From Chloroflexota bacterium (lineage in GTDB: Bacteria > Chloroflexota > UBA5177), in contig JBPCMQ010000016.1 of NCBI GenBank assembly GCA_051002135.1, forward strand, positions 51,430 through 115,429: a DNA stretch of 64,000 nt. Reading direction: 5' to 3'. Below the pieces are notes generated by a model. It did no database searches, had not been told where the DNA came from, and saw nothing but the letters and a program-made list of their open reading frames with translations. Both the position numbers and the translations under genes were made by a program. This document shows, in pieces, positions 21,840-31,396 of the stretch (positions are counted from its first letter, which is position 1; every line of letters begins with the position of its first letter).

Positions 21840-22811
21840 CTAATAAGTCGGCTCTTGGCCGGGTGATTGTGATCCGATTCGTTCGGCGACGCGAAGCTTC
21901 GCGCTTCTGGCGCGGGGATTGAGCCCTACCTCCTCCGCGTCCGCCGTTATGGGTTTCCGCACGGGTGACCGCAATGTCGCCGTGTGGCCGCACACGCAGG
22001 TGGGTACCTGCGGTGGACACAGGCAGCCACGTGCCTGCTCGCGAAAGAACTGCTTGACGATTCGATCTTCGAGCGAATGAAAGCTGATGACGGCGAGGCG
22101 ACCGCCGACCTCCAACAAGTCCACGGCTTGTGGTAGTGCGCGCCGCAGCCTCGCCAGCTCATCGTTCACGGCGATTCTCAGTGCCTGAAAGACGCGGGTG
22201 GCTGGATGGATGCGTCCGCGGGCGTCGCGAGGCGTGGCGCGAGAAACCAGTTCCGCCAGCTGAATGGTGGTGCGGATGGGAGCAGCTTGGCGCTCGACGA
22301 CGATGCGCTTAGCCACACGGCGGGAATAGCGCTCCTCTCCGTACTTTTGAAAGAGTCGCTGCAGGTCATCCACCCCCAGCGTGTTGACAATCTCCTCCGC
22401 CGTCTTCCCCGCGTCCGGTCCCAGGCGCATATCCAGGGCGGCTTCGTGGGCAAAGCTGAACCCCCGTTCGCGGGTCTCGAGCTGGTGTGAGCTGACTCCG
22501 AGATCGAACAAGATGCCATGAACGCTCTCGAAATTCTGAGCAGACGCGACGGTGGCGAGAGCATCAAAATACGCGCGGACGAGAGTCACCCGGTCGCCGA
22601 AGCGAGCTAATCTCTCGGACGAAACGTGGAGTGCGGCGGGATCAGCATCGACACCGAGCAAAACACCGGACGGGCTCGACAACTCCAGCACCTTTTCCGC
22701 ATGGCCGCCCCCTCCGACGGTCGCGTCGATATATCGACGTCCGTCCGCGGGGCGCAGCGCTTCGATTGATGGGGAGAGGAGGACAGGAGTGTGGCTGTAA
22801 CTGGAGGTCAC
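21840..22811 (-). CDS. rsmH: 16S rRNA (cytosine1402-N4)-methyltransferase RsmH (MraW)
   Basis: HTPVLL N-terminus, DATVGGGGH AdoMet motif, DLGVSSHQL motif. Confidence 0.95.
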   Translation of the reverse strand: MTSSYSHTPVLLSPSIEALRPADGRRYIDATVGGGGHAEKVLELSSPSGVLLGVDADPAALHVSSERLARFGDRVTLVRAYFDALATVASAQNFESVHGILFDLGVSSHQLETRERGFSFAHEAALDMRLGPDAGKTAEEIVNTLGVDDLQRLFQKYGEERYSRRVAKRIVVERQAAPIRTTIQLAELVSRATPRDARGRIHPATRVFQALRIAVNDELARLRRALPQAVDLLEVGGRLAVISFHSLEDRIVKQFFREQARGCLCPPQVPTCVCGHTATLRSPVRKPITADAEEVGLNPRARSAKLRVAERIGSQSPGQEPTY

Positions 22812-23257
22812 GTCCCGGAGATCAACAGGATCTCCGCCAGGCTTTGCCCTTCGCCGTCAAACTTTTGGCGTTCCGCCAGCCATGCGTCTTTCGCCCATAT
22901 CTCGACGTGGCTGCAGACGCCCGCCATCACCACGTCGCCATGAATGCCCGCATGCTCGCGCAAGAATCCGGGTATGACAACGCGGCCCTGACGATCAAAG
23001 TCGCAGGGAACTGCTCCGCCAAAGAGTGAACGGGCAAGGACGCGCGCCTCATAGCGCACCTCTGGAAGGTCGTCGACGGCTTGCGCTAGAGCCTCCCACT
23101 TTGTTGCCGGATAGATACACAGGCAGCTGTCGAAGCTACGCGTCAGAACCGCACCGGCGCTCAGGTTGGATCGCAGCTCCGGAGGAACAGCCAACCTGCT
23201 CTTATCATCGACGGTTCGTTCGTACTGTCCGAGAAACACTGCGCTACCTCTGTCCAC
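22808..23257 (-). CDS. mraZ: Transcriptional regulator MraZ (GTG start)
   Basis: [18 protein letters not shown] plus a second DRQGRVVIP SpoVT-AbrB repeat. First gene of the dcw cluster. Confidence 0.95.
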   Translation of the reverse strand: MDRGSAVFLGQYERTVDDKSRLAVPPELRSNLSAGAVLTRSFDSCLCIYPATKWEALAQAVDDLPEVRYEARVLARSLFGGAVPCDFDRQGRVVIPGFLREHAGIHGDVVMAGVCSHVEIWAKDAWLAERQKFDGEGQSLAEILLISGT

Positions 23258-23350
23258 TAGCTCCCACGGCTATCGGCGATCTACCTGGCTTCGTCCCTAT
23301 AAAGCTGATGTACTCCACTTTTTCCCACTTACTCCCACTGTCTCCCACTG
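23252..23350 (-). promoter_or_regulatory. Putative MraZ operator: phased GTGGGA direct repeats
   Basis: On the minus strand, AGTGGGAGAC AGTGGGAGTA AGTGGGAAAA AGTGGAG gives four units with a 10-nt period (23313-23350). Two more units, GTGGGAGCTA GTGGAC (23252-23267), overlap the mraZ GTG start. Confidence 0.65.
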
Positions 23351-23701
23351 ACGCTCATCATATTGCCTGCCGCCGCGAAATGCAATAGCCAAAAGTCGGC
23401 GCGCAATCGTTCGCCGGGAGGTCGACCCGGTGTGGATCGGAAGCGGTGTTGGCGTCTCAATCACACGTGGATCGGATCGGACGCTGGGGACGTGAGGATA
23501 CACGTCAAGCGCCGACGTCGGCGCGGCTGCTTTACGACGGAATTAGCGGGCTACGGCGGCGGAAAAGTGCGGGAGCTGATATCTGCGGAGGGAGTCCGAC
23601 ACCATGGCCGGCACCCAGCGCATCGTAGCCGTGGAGGAGGGAGACCGGGAGTTACTGTCCCGGGCCAACGAGCCCGGCTGTCGATCTCGCCGGCCCCAGC
23701 G

Positions 23702-24034
23702 TCAGAGAGTGCTCAGCCTCTGTACTGCCGCCCTCTTTTCCTGCCACCGCCAGCGGCCATAGCAGACCACGCACATCTCGCGCGCCTTGTGAAGCTTGAT
23801 CTCGCCGCAAGAAGCGCACTCGCGCAGACGTGGCTTTCGCGGGCTCTGATTGCGCAGCGCGCGAATGCGGGCGCGGCAGCGCTCCTGAGACGCCTTGTAC
23901 CTGTCGGGATATCGCTCGCGCCACCTGCGTGCCGACCTGGAATTCTGTTCCAGCTTGCGCTCCCTGTGAGAAAGGTAGTACTCCCTGTTGTAGTCCCGCT
24001 GCTTCGCCTTCCGTTCCTCTTCGTTCATCGCCAT
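23702..24034 (-). CDS. Small basic protein with C-terminal CxxC...CxxC zinc-ribbon (hypothetical)
   Basis: ORF 23702..24088. GGAGG lies 8 nt before ATG at 24034. Arg/Lys-rich, with CASCGEIKLHKAREMCVVCYG. Confidence 0.55.
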   Translation of the reverse strand: MAMNEEERKAKQRDYNREYYLSHRERKLEQNSRSARRWRERYPDRYKASQERCRARIRALRNQSPRKPRLRECASCGEIKLHKAREMCVVCYGRWRWQEKRAAVQRLSTL

Positions 24035-24184
24035 CGCGCTCGCCTCCAAAACACCGCTCAAAAAAGACCGCCGCAATGGATATAACATACCCTATCACCC
24101 GTGAATGTCAAGAGTTATTCTGAGTGATTTGAGCAGTAAGCATCGTTGCCGACGGGCGGCCACGGACAGAGTCGGAAAAGTCGG

Positions 24185-25414
24185 CTATCCCGCCGCTTGT
24201 ACGGGAGTCCGGAAGTAGGAGACGTAACGGAACAGCTCCAGATACATACGCGCCACATTGGGCCACGTCATGGACCGGCTGAACTTGTAGGCTCGGTCTT
24301 CCATCTGGAGCAACTTTCTCCTGTCTGTCAGAAGCGAGTTGACGGCGGTGGCAATAGCTTCGGAGTTCTTGAAAGGGACGATGATGCCACGGCCGTCGCC
24401 CAGGATCTCCTTGGCGTAGGTAAACGGTGTCGCGACCACGGCTTTGCCACATCCCACCGCATACGACAGCGTGCCGCTGACGATCTGATCCTTGTTCAAG
24501 TAGGTCATGATGTAGACGTCTGTTGCCGCCAGATAGCGCATCAGCTCGGAATTGGAGAGAAATCGATTGTTGAAACGTACGTTCTTTTGCACTCCGAGGT
24601 CGCGTGCGAGGTCGGTCAGCTGGTTGCGGTACGACTCTCCCTCGCGCTTTCGCACGTGAGGATGCGTCTGCCCGATGACCAGGTACAGGACATTTGGTTT
24701 CTGGTCCACGATGGCAGGCAATGCCTGAATCACGTACTCGATTGCCTTGCTCGGACCGATCAAGCCAAACGTCGAGAGAAGCGGCCGATCATCCAGGCCG
24801 AGGAGTTTCTTGGTTCGTCGCCTGATAGCCTCTTTGCGCGTGAAGTTGGGAATGCCATGCGGGATCACGTGCAGTCGCTCCGGTGGCAACGTGTAGTGAT
24901 CGAGAATCAACGGAACTGCCGCCTTCGCCAGAACAACGACAACAGATGAGAGATCCAGCATTTCCTGCGTAACTTCCTGGAAGCGCCCCTCGGGTTCAGG
25001 CAGGACCGTGTGCAGCGTGAGCACGATCGGCTTCTGTAATCGACGCATGAACTCGACAACATACTCCCCATGGTCGCCGCCATGGAGTCCGTACTCGTGC
25101 TGAATGTTAACTACCTGAATTCGCGAGCGATTCAGCTGATCCGTGACCGCAAGGTAGCTGTCCGGATCGTCCGAATCAATCTGATAACGGACTCGTCCCT
25201 GGTAGTCGTGCAGGTCGTAATCGTACATCTGGCCGAAGTCGTTGAGGGCCACGACAGCGGACAGATGGGAGGGATCGATGTCGTCGTACGCGTTCACCAA
25301 GTCGTACGTGAAGGTGCCGATTCCGCACTCACGAGGTGGATAGCTTGCTACGAACGCGACGCGGGGCGTCGCTCCGGAGGGCCTGGAGGGAAGTACCACG
25401 TAGGGGTCCTGCAT
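24185..25414 (-). CDS. Glycosyltransferase, GT4 (group 1) family
   Basis: 409 aa. GT-B fold pattern with a C-terminal EGFG-type region (SGTLSYAVGCGKAVVATP). Recognised by general similarity to group 1 glycosyltransferases. Confidence 0.8.
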   Translation of the reverse strand: MQDPYVVLPSRPSGATPRVAFVASYPPRECGIGTFTYDLVNAYDDIDPSHLSAVVALNDFGQMYDYDLHDYQGRVRYQIDSDDPDSYLAVTDQLNRSRIQVVNIQHEYGLHGGDHGEYVVEFMRRLQKPIVLTLHTVLPEPEGRFQEVTQEMLDLSSVVVVLAKAAVPLILDHYTLPPERLHVIPHGIPNFTRKEAIRRRTKKLLGLDDRPLLSTFGLIGPSKAIEYVIQALPAIVDQKPNVLYLVIGQTHPHVRKREGESYRNQLTDLARDLGVQKNVRFNNRFLSNSELMRYLAATDVYIMTYLNKDQIVSGTLSYAVGCGKAVVATPFTYAKEILGDGRGIIVPFKNSEAIATAVNSLLTDRRKLLQMEDRAYKFSRSMTWPNVARMYLELFRYVSYFRTPVQAAG

Positions 25415-25593
25415 CGGGTCTCGCCTCCTCTCACGAACATCCGTTTGAGTCTACCAGCCGTCAAAAACTGGGGCAATCCAGGGAGGGCTGTCAGAGGCTG
25501 TCAGGACGTTTTTGGGCACTCAGCCCCGCGCACCTCGCACCGGTGGGGAAGGGTACGAGAGTTGACTGACGGCTGAGGGGAGCATACACCACC

Positions 25594-25622
25594 TTGACAC
25601 CGGTGAAGATTCCTGGTAACTT
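25594..25622 (+). promoter_or_regulatory. Candidate sigma-70-type promoter for the NlpC/P60 gene
   Basis: TTGACA (25594-25599), 17-nt spacer, TAACTT (25617-25622), about 90 nt upstream of the start codon. Confidence 0.3.
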
Positions 25623-25713
25623 GGCCTTGCGTTTTGCGTGCTGAGCCCGCGCCATGCCTTTGGTGTGGCTGATTCCGGGCCTCAGTGCGACCAAAATTCA
25701 TTGGAGGTCGCGG

Positions 25714-27366
25714 ATGAAGAAACCGCTGGTAGCTCTGAGTTTGGCGGTCACTGCCGGAGTCGGAGCCATTCCATTGGCGGATGCACTGGCAGCCACTCCA
25801 GCAAGTCTCTCTCAGGTTGGATCGAAACCAAATCGATCGTCCACCCGCGGCGTTGTGGCTCAGCCCTACTCCTACCCCGGAAGCTCTTCATCGCGAGGAC
25901 CCAATGCCGTGTCCGGATCCTCGATCGTACAGACGGCCATGCAGTATCTTGGCTACCCGTACACGGCCACCGGTAACAGCCCGAGCACTGGATTCAGTTG
26001 CATCGGGTTTGTTTCTTATGTGTACCGGTCGAACGGAATCCCCCTTCCCGGCGACCTCGGCAGCGCACTTGCGTACGCGCCCCAGGTTCCGTTCTCGCAG
26101 CTGCAGCCGGGCGACATTCTGTATTTTCAGAACACCGTCTGGAACGGCCTTTCGCATGCCGCCATCTACATCGGGGGTGGTAAGTTCATCCACGCCGAGT
26201 GGTACAACCGCGGTGTCGTGATCTCGTCGTTCAACAACGATCCGGTCGACGGTGGTACGTACTGGATAAGCAAGTATCTGGGGGCCAATCGCCCCTGGGG
26301 AGGGGCTGCGATCGGGTCAATCGTTGGGCCGGCGCCCGTGCCGGGTGCGCCGCCTGCTCCTCCCGGCACTATCACCCAGGTGGGAGCCCGGGTCACGAGT
26401 GGACCGACCGCTATCGTGACGGCTCTGTCGCTGAACGTACGAAGCCATCCCAGCAAACAGTCGATGGTGCAGCAGATCGTGGGACGCGGCTCATCCATGA
26501 CCATCCTCAAACGGCGCGGCCGCTGGTACAAGGTTCAGCTGGGCGATGGGACGGTCGGCTGGGTCGTGGCCGCGGGCATCGGCAGAGGCGTTGTCAAGAC
26601 CACCGTTACCACATCGTTTCCGGGCGCCAGCAGTGTGGGGCCCGCCACCACCATCGGTGCTGTGTCGACCCCGTCGCACCTGCGTTCACCGTATCGACGG
26701 CGAGCCGTCGCCTCGATCCGCGTTAGTGGTCTCCGAGTCCATACGGGTCCTTCGACCTCCGCTTCGGTGGTCACAACCGCCGCTCGCGGCCAGCATCTTC
26801 AGGTGATGGCTCGCAGGAACGGGTGGATCAGGGTTCGCATGCCCGACGGCACTGTCGGGTGGGTGAGCGGAGCGTACGCGTCAGTGGCTCGCCATACGAC
26901 TGCGCGAGTTCCTCATTTTGCCGGCGGCGGGTTGCACAGCGTCATCGCGGGTCCCACTGCGCGGGTCGCGATGAACGTGAGAAGTATCCCCTCGCGGGGT
27001 GGCTCGATCGCCTCGGTAATCATGCCGGGCATCACGTATCGAGTTCTCGGCTGGTCGTCCAACGGCTGGATGCACGTGCAGCTTTCTGACGGAACGACCG
27101 GATGGGTGAGCGGTACCCTTGTCGGTCACTTCGGGAGCGCAACGAGCGCCCGGTATCATACTCGGCCTCGCTACGCGGGGGGCTCGGGCGGTTCAGTTCT
27201 CACCGCGGGAGTTCGGGTTCACACTCGTCCAGGCCTTCACACTCCTGTCATCACTCTTGCGGGAGCAGGTACCCACGTGCGTGTTCTCGGCTACAGCCGA
27301 GGATGGGCGCGCGTGCGCCTGCCAAACGGCACAACGGGTTATGTTTCTGGAGCCTACGTGCGCTAA
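25714..27366 (+). CDS. Secreted NlpC/P60 peptidoglycan endopeptidase with four C-terminal SH3b repeats
   Basis: Signal peptide MKKPLVALSLAVTAGVGA. Catalytic Cys context FSCIGFVSYVY and His context HAAIYIGGGKFIHA. Four repeats of the type VR.H..P......G....V.....GW..V....G..GWV. GGAGG precedes ATG 25714. Confidence 0.92.
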   Translation: MKKPLVALSLAVTAGVGAIPLADALAATPASLSQVGSKPNRSSTRGVVAQPYSYPGSSSSRGPNAVSGSSIVQTAMQYLGYPYTATGNSPSTGFSCIGFVSYVYRSNGIPLPGDLGSALAYAPQVPFSQLQPGDILYFQNTVWNGLSHAAIYIGGGKFIHAEWYNRGVVISSFNNDPVDGGTYWISKYLGANRPWGGAAIGSIVGPAPVPGAPPAPPGTITQVGARVTSGPTAIVTALSLNVRSHPSKQSMVQQIVGRGSSMTILKRRGRWYKVQLGDGTVGWVVAAGIGRGVVKTTVTTSFPGASSVGPATTIGAVSTPSHLRSPYRRRAVASIRVSGLRVHTGPSTSASVVTTAARGQHLQVMARRNGWIRVRMPDGTVGWVSGAYASVARHTTARVPHFAGGGLHSVIAGPTARVAMNVRSIPSRGGSIASVIMPGITYRVLGWSSNGWMHVQLSDGTTGWVSGTLVGHFGSATSARYHTRPRYAGGSGGSVLTAGVRVHTRPGLHTPVITLAGAGTHVRVLGYSRGWARVRLPNGTTGYVSGAYVR

Positions 27367-27378
27367 GTAGGGGATCTC

Positions 27379-27414
27379 AAGAGCCGTGGGTCCAGCCCAC
27401 GGCTCTTTTGGTTT
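27379..27414 (+). terminator. Intrinsic terminator after the NlpC/P60 gene
   Basis: 12-bp stem AAGAGCCGTGGG / CCCACGGCTCTT, loop TCCAG, then TTGGTTT. Confidence 0.8.
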
Positions 27415-27598
27415 CAGGGACGGGCGCGACAGGTTGCGCGGGTCCGGGCTTTCTATGCGGCTCATTCTGGATGTCCTTGGATGTCCTGTTCGGCGAGCCC
27501 GCGATTGGGCTACCGAACCGCGCGCGTACGACCGAATCCGGCGACGGACCCATGCCGCGGACCACGGGTAGAATCGAGCGAGTAAAGGAGGAGCGCCT

Positions 27599-28528
27599 GT
27601 GCTTCGACAAACGCTTATCCGCCTGTCCCAGCAGGAACAGCTTCGCGAGCTGGCTACCCGCAACGTGGTCGCACGCAGTATTGCGCGGCGATTTGTCGCT
27701 GGGGAGACTATCGACGATGCTCTCGGGGCCATTCGAGAACTCAATGGACGCGGGATGAGCGCTACCCTCGACAATCTCGGCGAGAATGTTTCGTCGGAAG
27801 AGGAAGCGCGTGAGGCCGCCGAGGCATACTGCCGCATCATACGCAGCATCAACGACAACGGGGTCAACTGCAACGCGTCCCTCAAATTGACCCAGTTCGG
27901 TCTCGACCTCGGGGAGGCCGTGGCGCTGGACAATATGCGACGTGTGATGGAAGCGGCTGCGCCGCATGACACGTTTGTACGCATAGACATGGAGAGCTCG
28001 GACTACGTCGATCGGACCCTGAGTGTCTTCTTCGATCTCTGGTCTACACATAAGAACGTGGGCGTCGTGCTTCAATCCTGTCTCTATAGAACTGCTGAGG
28101 ACCTGGAGCGGGTGATCGATGCCGGAGCACGCGTGCGCCTCGTGAAAGGCGCGTACCTCGAGCCGGCGTCGGTCGCGTATCAGGACAAGCGCGATGTGGA
28201 TGAGAATTTCATGCGACTGACGAGGACGCTCCTCGATCGTGCCGCCTACCCAGCCATCGGAACCCACGATTGCGCCTTGATCGATGCGGCGAAGGAATGG
28301 ACGCGTGAACGAGGAATCGAGCAATCTCGGTTCGAGTTCCAGATGCTGTATGGCATCCGTCGGGACGTGCAGGCGCAGCTCGTGGCAGAGGGCTACAATC
28401 TGCGCGTCTACGTTCCGTTTGGAACGCATTGGTACCCGTACATGATGCGTCGCATGGCCGAGCGCCCGGCCAATATCTTCTTCGTCCTGGAAAATCTCGC
28501 GCGCGAAGTAAGGTCCGCCCGCTCCTAA
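27599..28528 (+). CDS. Proline dehydrogenase (monofunctional PutA-type)
   Basis: 309 aa with a GTG start. Overall pattern of the proline dehydrogenase family (FVAGETIDDAL..., LDNLGE, VRLVKGAY, YGIRRD, PFGTHWYPYMMRRMAERPAN). Confidence 0.88.
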   Translation: MLRQTLIRLSQQEQLRELATRNVVARSIARRFVAGETIDDALGAIRELNGRGMSATLDNLGENVSSEEEAREAAEAYCRIIRSINDNGVNCNASLKLTQFGLDLGEAVALDNMRRVMEAAAPHDTFVRIDMESSDYVDRTLSVFFDLWSTHKNVGVVLQSCLYRTAEDLERVIDAGARVRLVKGAYLEPASVAYQDKRDVDENFMRLTRTLLDRAAYPAIGTHDCALIDAAKEWTRERGIEQSRFEFQMLYGIRRDVQAQLVAEGYNLRVYVPFGTHWYPYMMRRMAERPANIFFVLENLAREVRSARS

Positions 28529-28701
28529 GAGCTCGTCAGCGCGAGGGCGATGAGCAGGCCCCAGAGAGCGCACAGGAGCAGGATGAGGAGAATGGCTCTG
28601 GCGTTGCATTGCGCTGCCTCGATCCAGGTTGGAGGCGCACCTTGTTGAGGTCGGGACTCGGCGCGCGGGACTGAATTCAGACGTGCTGTTCCCGACATCA
28701 T
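28525..28701 (-). CDS. Unlisted small membrane protein (58 aa)
   Basis: ATGATG at 28701 follows AAGGAG by 4-5 nt. Product MMSGTARLNSVPRAESRPQQGAPPTWIEAAQCNARAILLILLLCALWGLLIALALTSS has one C-terminal TM helix. Below the 60-aa cutoff of the ORF track. Confidence 0.45.
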   Translation of the reverse strand: MMSGTARLNSVPRAESRPQQGAPPTWIEAAQCNARAILLILLLCALWGLLIALALTSS

Positions 28702-28944
28702 CGGCTCCTTCTCTGGTACATGCGTCCTAAGGTCGTCTGTTCTACTATATGAGCTTAAGCCGCTGAGGTCAAGGGAATTTTTCTAGAACCCTGCATGTTT
28801 TCGTGCCGAGCATGTATCAGGTTCCAGCCGTGGACACCCGCACCGAAAGCGAATTTAGGGATTGGAGTGGAGCGCTCAGACCGTCGCGAGCATTCGCCCG
28901 CTTACGCGGTGAGCCGCAATTCGTTGCGCGTGATGTCGATGTGA

Positions 28945-29139
28945 AACTCCATGTCCAAGACGCGAGCGAGACGTGAAAGGGTCGTGAGCGTGTGGTATGA
29001 CGTGGGCAGGTCGCTGGCCGTTGCGACTCTCCAGGCCGCCCTCCGCACCTTCGAACAGACCTATAATCACATTCGACCGCATTAAGCGCTTGGTTACCGG
29101 ACACCCGCTGCCGTCCTCGCCGTCTTCGCCCATGTGTAG
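28945..29139 (+). mobile_element. Remnant of the C-terminal end of an integrase-core (rve/DDE) transposase, with an in-frame stop
   Basis: Frame 1 reads ...LQAALRTFEQTYNHIRPH*ALGYRTPAAVLAVFAHV*. YN..RPH.ALGY.TP is the hallmark C-terminal motif of IS3/IS481-type transposases. TAA at 29083-29085 interrupts it, and no upstream catalytic domain is present. Confidence 0.7.
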
Positions 29140-29204
29140 CGCACGTACCGAACGAGTTCACGTCGTTGACCGTTTGGATACACGGCTGATAGAGTGAGAT
29201 CAAC

Positions 29205-29283
29205 GGTCCCGTGGTGTAGCCTGGTTTAACATGCCACCCTGTCAAGGTGGAGATCGCCGGTTCAAATCCGGTCGGGACCGCCA
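29205..29283 (+). tRNA. tRNA-Asp (anticodon GTC), CCA encoded
   Basis: Hand-folded cloverleaf. Acceptor GGTCCCG/CGGGACC, anticodon arm CCACC-CTGTCAA-GGTGG (GTC at 29241-29243), T arm GCCGG-TTCAAAT-CCGGT, discriminator G, then CCA. Confidence 0.93.
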
Positions 29284-29298
29284 GTATCGGTGTTCATG

Positions 29299-29325
29299 AG
29301 CGCGCCCTTGTATCAGGGGCGCGCT
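29299..29325 (+). terminator. Hairpin just after tRNA-Asp (terminator-like)
   Basis: 9-bp stem AGCGCGCCC / GGGCGCGCT with a 9-nt loop, followed by TCCGTCATTT. The T tract is weak. Confidence 0.45.
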
Positions 29326-29831
29326 TCCGTCATTTCCTGTTCTAGATGCACGCCGCGCATCTTTCCCATCCTGTCCGTCACCACCTTTGTCAGATCGTCA
29401 TCCGTTCCCTGAAGGGAGTGTTGCTGTCCCGCCCGTCCCACGAATCGCGGAGGAGCATGGATCCCTTGGGAGCGCGATGCGGAAACTTCTCGGATCTCCG
29501 CCGCCACACGCTCCTTGCCTTCCCTTGTGAACAGAGGCGAATCCATCAGTGGTTCCAGACGCGCCGGTACGAGCAGCGTTCCTAGGAGATCGCCGTCGAT
29601 TCCAGGGGATCGACACAGTTCCAGCGCTTGCGGCTTGGACGCGAGAAATGAGTCGGTTCCGCCCTCGACCACGAAATCCTGCACGTGGTCGGTCAGGATC
29701 TTTGCGCCCAGCCGGGATGACTGTTCCACCAGCAGGATGCCGTCAGGGTGAATCAGTCGGGATAGTCTGTGCACGGGGGTGAGCCCCGCGATGCCTCCGC
29801 CGACAGTGGCGACCGCGTCCCTCCGGGCCAT
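29313..29831 (-). pseudogene. Truncated protoporphyrinogen/coproporphyrinogen oxidase-like gene (HemY/CgoX family N-terminal third)
   Basis: N-terminus VATVGGGIAGLTPVHRL...LLVEQSSRLGAKI...FVVEGGTDSFLASKPQALEL matches the FAD-binding start of HemY-type oxidases. Only 172 aa, where this family is normally well over 400. The reading frame ends inside the tRNA-Asp terminator hairpin. Confidence 0.65.
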
Positions 29832-29923
29832 GACACCTCTCTGCGATCCGTTGCGTGTATCACTCTATCCACGGCACCGCCGCGCGTGCGCTAGAATTGC
29901 GCACCCAAGGCAGGCGGAGCGCG

Positions 29924-31249
29924 ATGAGCGAGAACGAGACTCCAAAACGTTACTGGATCTGGACCGTTGGTTGTCAGATGAACAAGGTCGACAGTGACCG
30001 TGTAGCCGGCACCCTGAAGTCGCGTGGCTGCATCCCGGCGGAACGCGAGGAGGACGCGGACATCGTCATTCTCAACTCCTGCGCGGTGCGGGAGAGCGCC
30101 GAGCGCCGGGTCAGCGGTAAGTTGGGAAACCTGGTGCAGATGAAGAAGGAACGCCCGGATGTGCTGATTGGGCTGACGGGCTGTTCCGTGTCCGCGGACT
30201 TTACCTCCACCGCGCAGAGATTCCGTGGCGCCGACATGTATTTTCAGCCGACGCGCCTCGATCAGTTCGTCGAGCAGCTCGACCAGTTCTGGCCGTCGAC
30301 CCAGGACCCGGGCGCGATGTCATGTTGGCAGGAGCAGTCGGGCGAGACTGAGTGCGCCGGACCGAGCGCATACGTGCCGATCAGCAACGGCTGCGACAAA
30401 TTCTGTACGTATTGCATCGTCCCCTACCGGCGAGGGCGCGAGCGAAGCAGGCCCATGCTGGATATCGTGGACGAGTGTGGCAGCCTGGTGAAGCGTGGAG
30501 CTCGAGAGCTGACGCTGCTGGGACAGCGGGTCAACGCCTATGGCCGCGATTTTAAGGACGGCACCGAGCTTGCTGACCTGTTGGCGCTCGTCAACACCAT
30601 CCCCGAGCTGGTTCGTCTACGCTTTCTCACCTCGTACCCCAAGGACATGAGCGATCGCCTCATCGACGCCGTCGCCTCCCTGGACAAGGTCTGTGAACAT
30701 ATTCATCTGCCGATCCAATCGGGCAACGATGAGGTGTTGACTAACATGCGACGCGGATACAGCCGTCAGGACTATGTGCGCCTGATTGGACGGCTGCGCG
30801 AAGCGGTCCCGTCCCTGGCCTTGTCCACCGATATCATCGTGGGTTTTCCCGGGGAGACGGAGGAGCAATACAGAGACACGCTGTCGTTGATGGAGGAGGT
30901 GCGCTTCTCCACCGTCTACTCGGCGGCTTACTCCCCTCGCGCCGGAACGCTGGCGGCGCGCTGGACGGACGACGTGCCGAGAGACGTGAAAAAAGATCGC
31001 TTGCAACGGCTGGATGCACTGCAGCAGCACATTTCCATGACTCAACACCAGGCGCTCAAGGGAGAGACGGTGGAGGTGCTGGTGGAGAGCGCCCACTCCG
31101 AACGCAAGGACACGGCTCAATGGCGCGGAAGGACGCGCCAGAATCGGCTGGTGTTTATCCCTCGAGGCGGCCAGGATCTGATGGGTCGGACTGTCCACGT
31201 TCGAATCGAAAAAGCGAGTCCTTTCGCCATGCAGGGCACTCCTCTCTAG
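29924..31249 (+). CDS. miaB: tRNA-2-methylthio-N6-dimethylallyladenosine synthase MiaB (radical SAM)
   Basis: YWIWTVGCQMN N-terminal cluster, CDKFCTYC radical-SAM motif, C-terminal TRAM-like region. ATG at 29924; the ORF track start is 29855. Confidence 0.93.
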   Translation: MSENETPKRYWIWTVGCQMNKVDSDRVAGTLKSRGCIPAEREEDADIVILNSCAVRESAERRVSGKLGNLVQMKKERPDVLIGLTGCSVSADFTSTAQRFRGADMYFQPTRLDQFVEQLDQFWPSTQDPGAMSCWQEQSGETECAGPSAYVPISNGCDKFCTYCIVPYRRGRERSRPMLDIVDECGSLVKRGARELTLLGQRVNAYGRDFKDGTELADLLALVNTIPELVRLRFLTSYPKDMSDRLIDAVASLDKVCEHIHLPIQSGNDEVLTNMRRGYSRQDYVRLIGRLREAVPSLALSTDIIVGFPGETEEQYRDTLSLMEEVRFSTVYSAAYSPRAGTLAARWTDDVPRDVKKDRLQRLDALQQHISMTQHQALKGETVEVLVESAHSERKDTAQWRGRTRQNRLVFIPRGGQDLMGRTVHVRIEKASPFAMQGTPL

Positions 31250-31396
31250 CGTCCGGCCTTACGCGCTTTTCTTCGGTACCCCCGCCGCGGACGAGCCGCG
31301 GCCAGGGAGGACGCCGATTCAGGTCGGTAGCGGCACGTCGCGACTGTGTCTAAACTGTGAGGGCGCATTTTTGTCGACGACGCGTATAGCTATTGG

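Noticed and set aside
25415-25713. Possible ydaO-type (c-di-AMP) riboswitch upstream of the NlpC/P60 hydrolase gene.
   Set aside because: The conserved blocks I remember for that class (GGGGACCCA, GGGGUGAAUC, CAGCUAACCUCGUAAGCG) are absent. Only generic stems are present.
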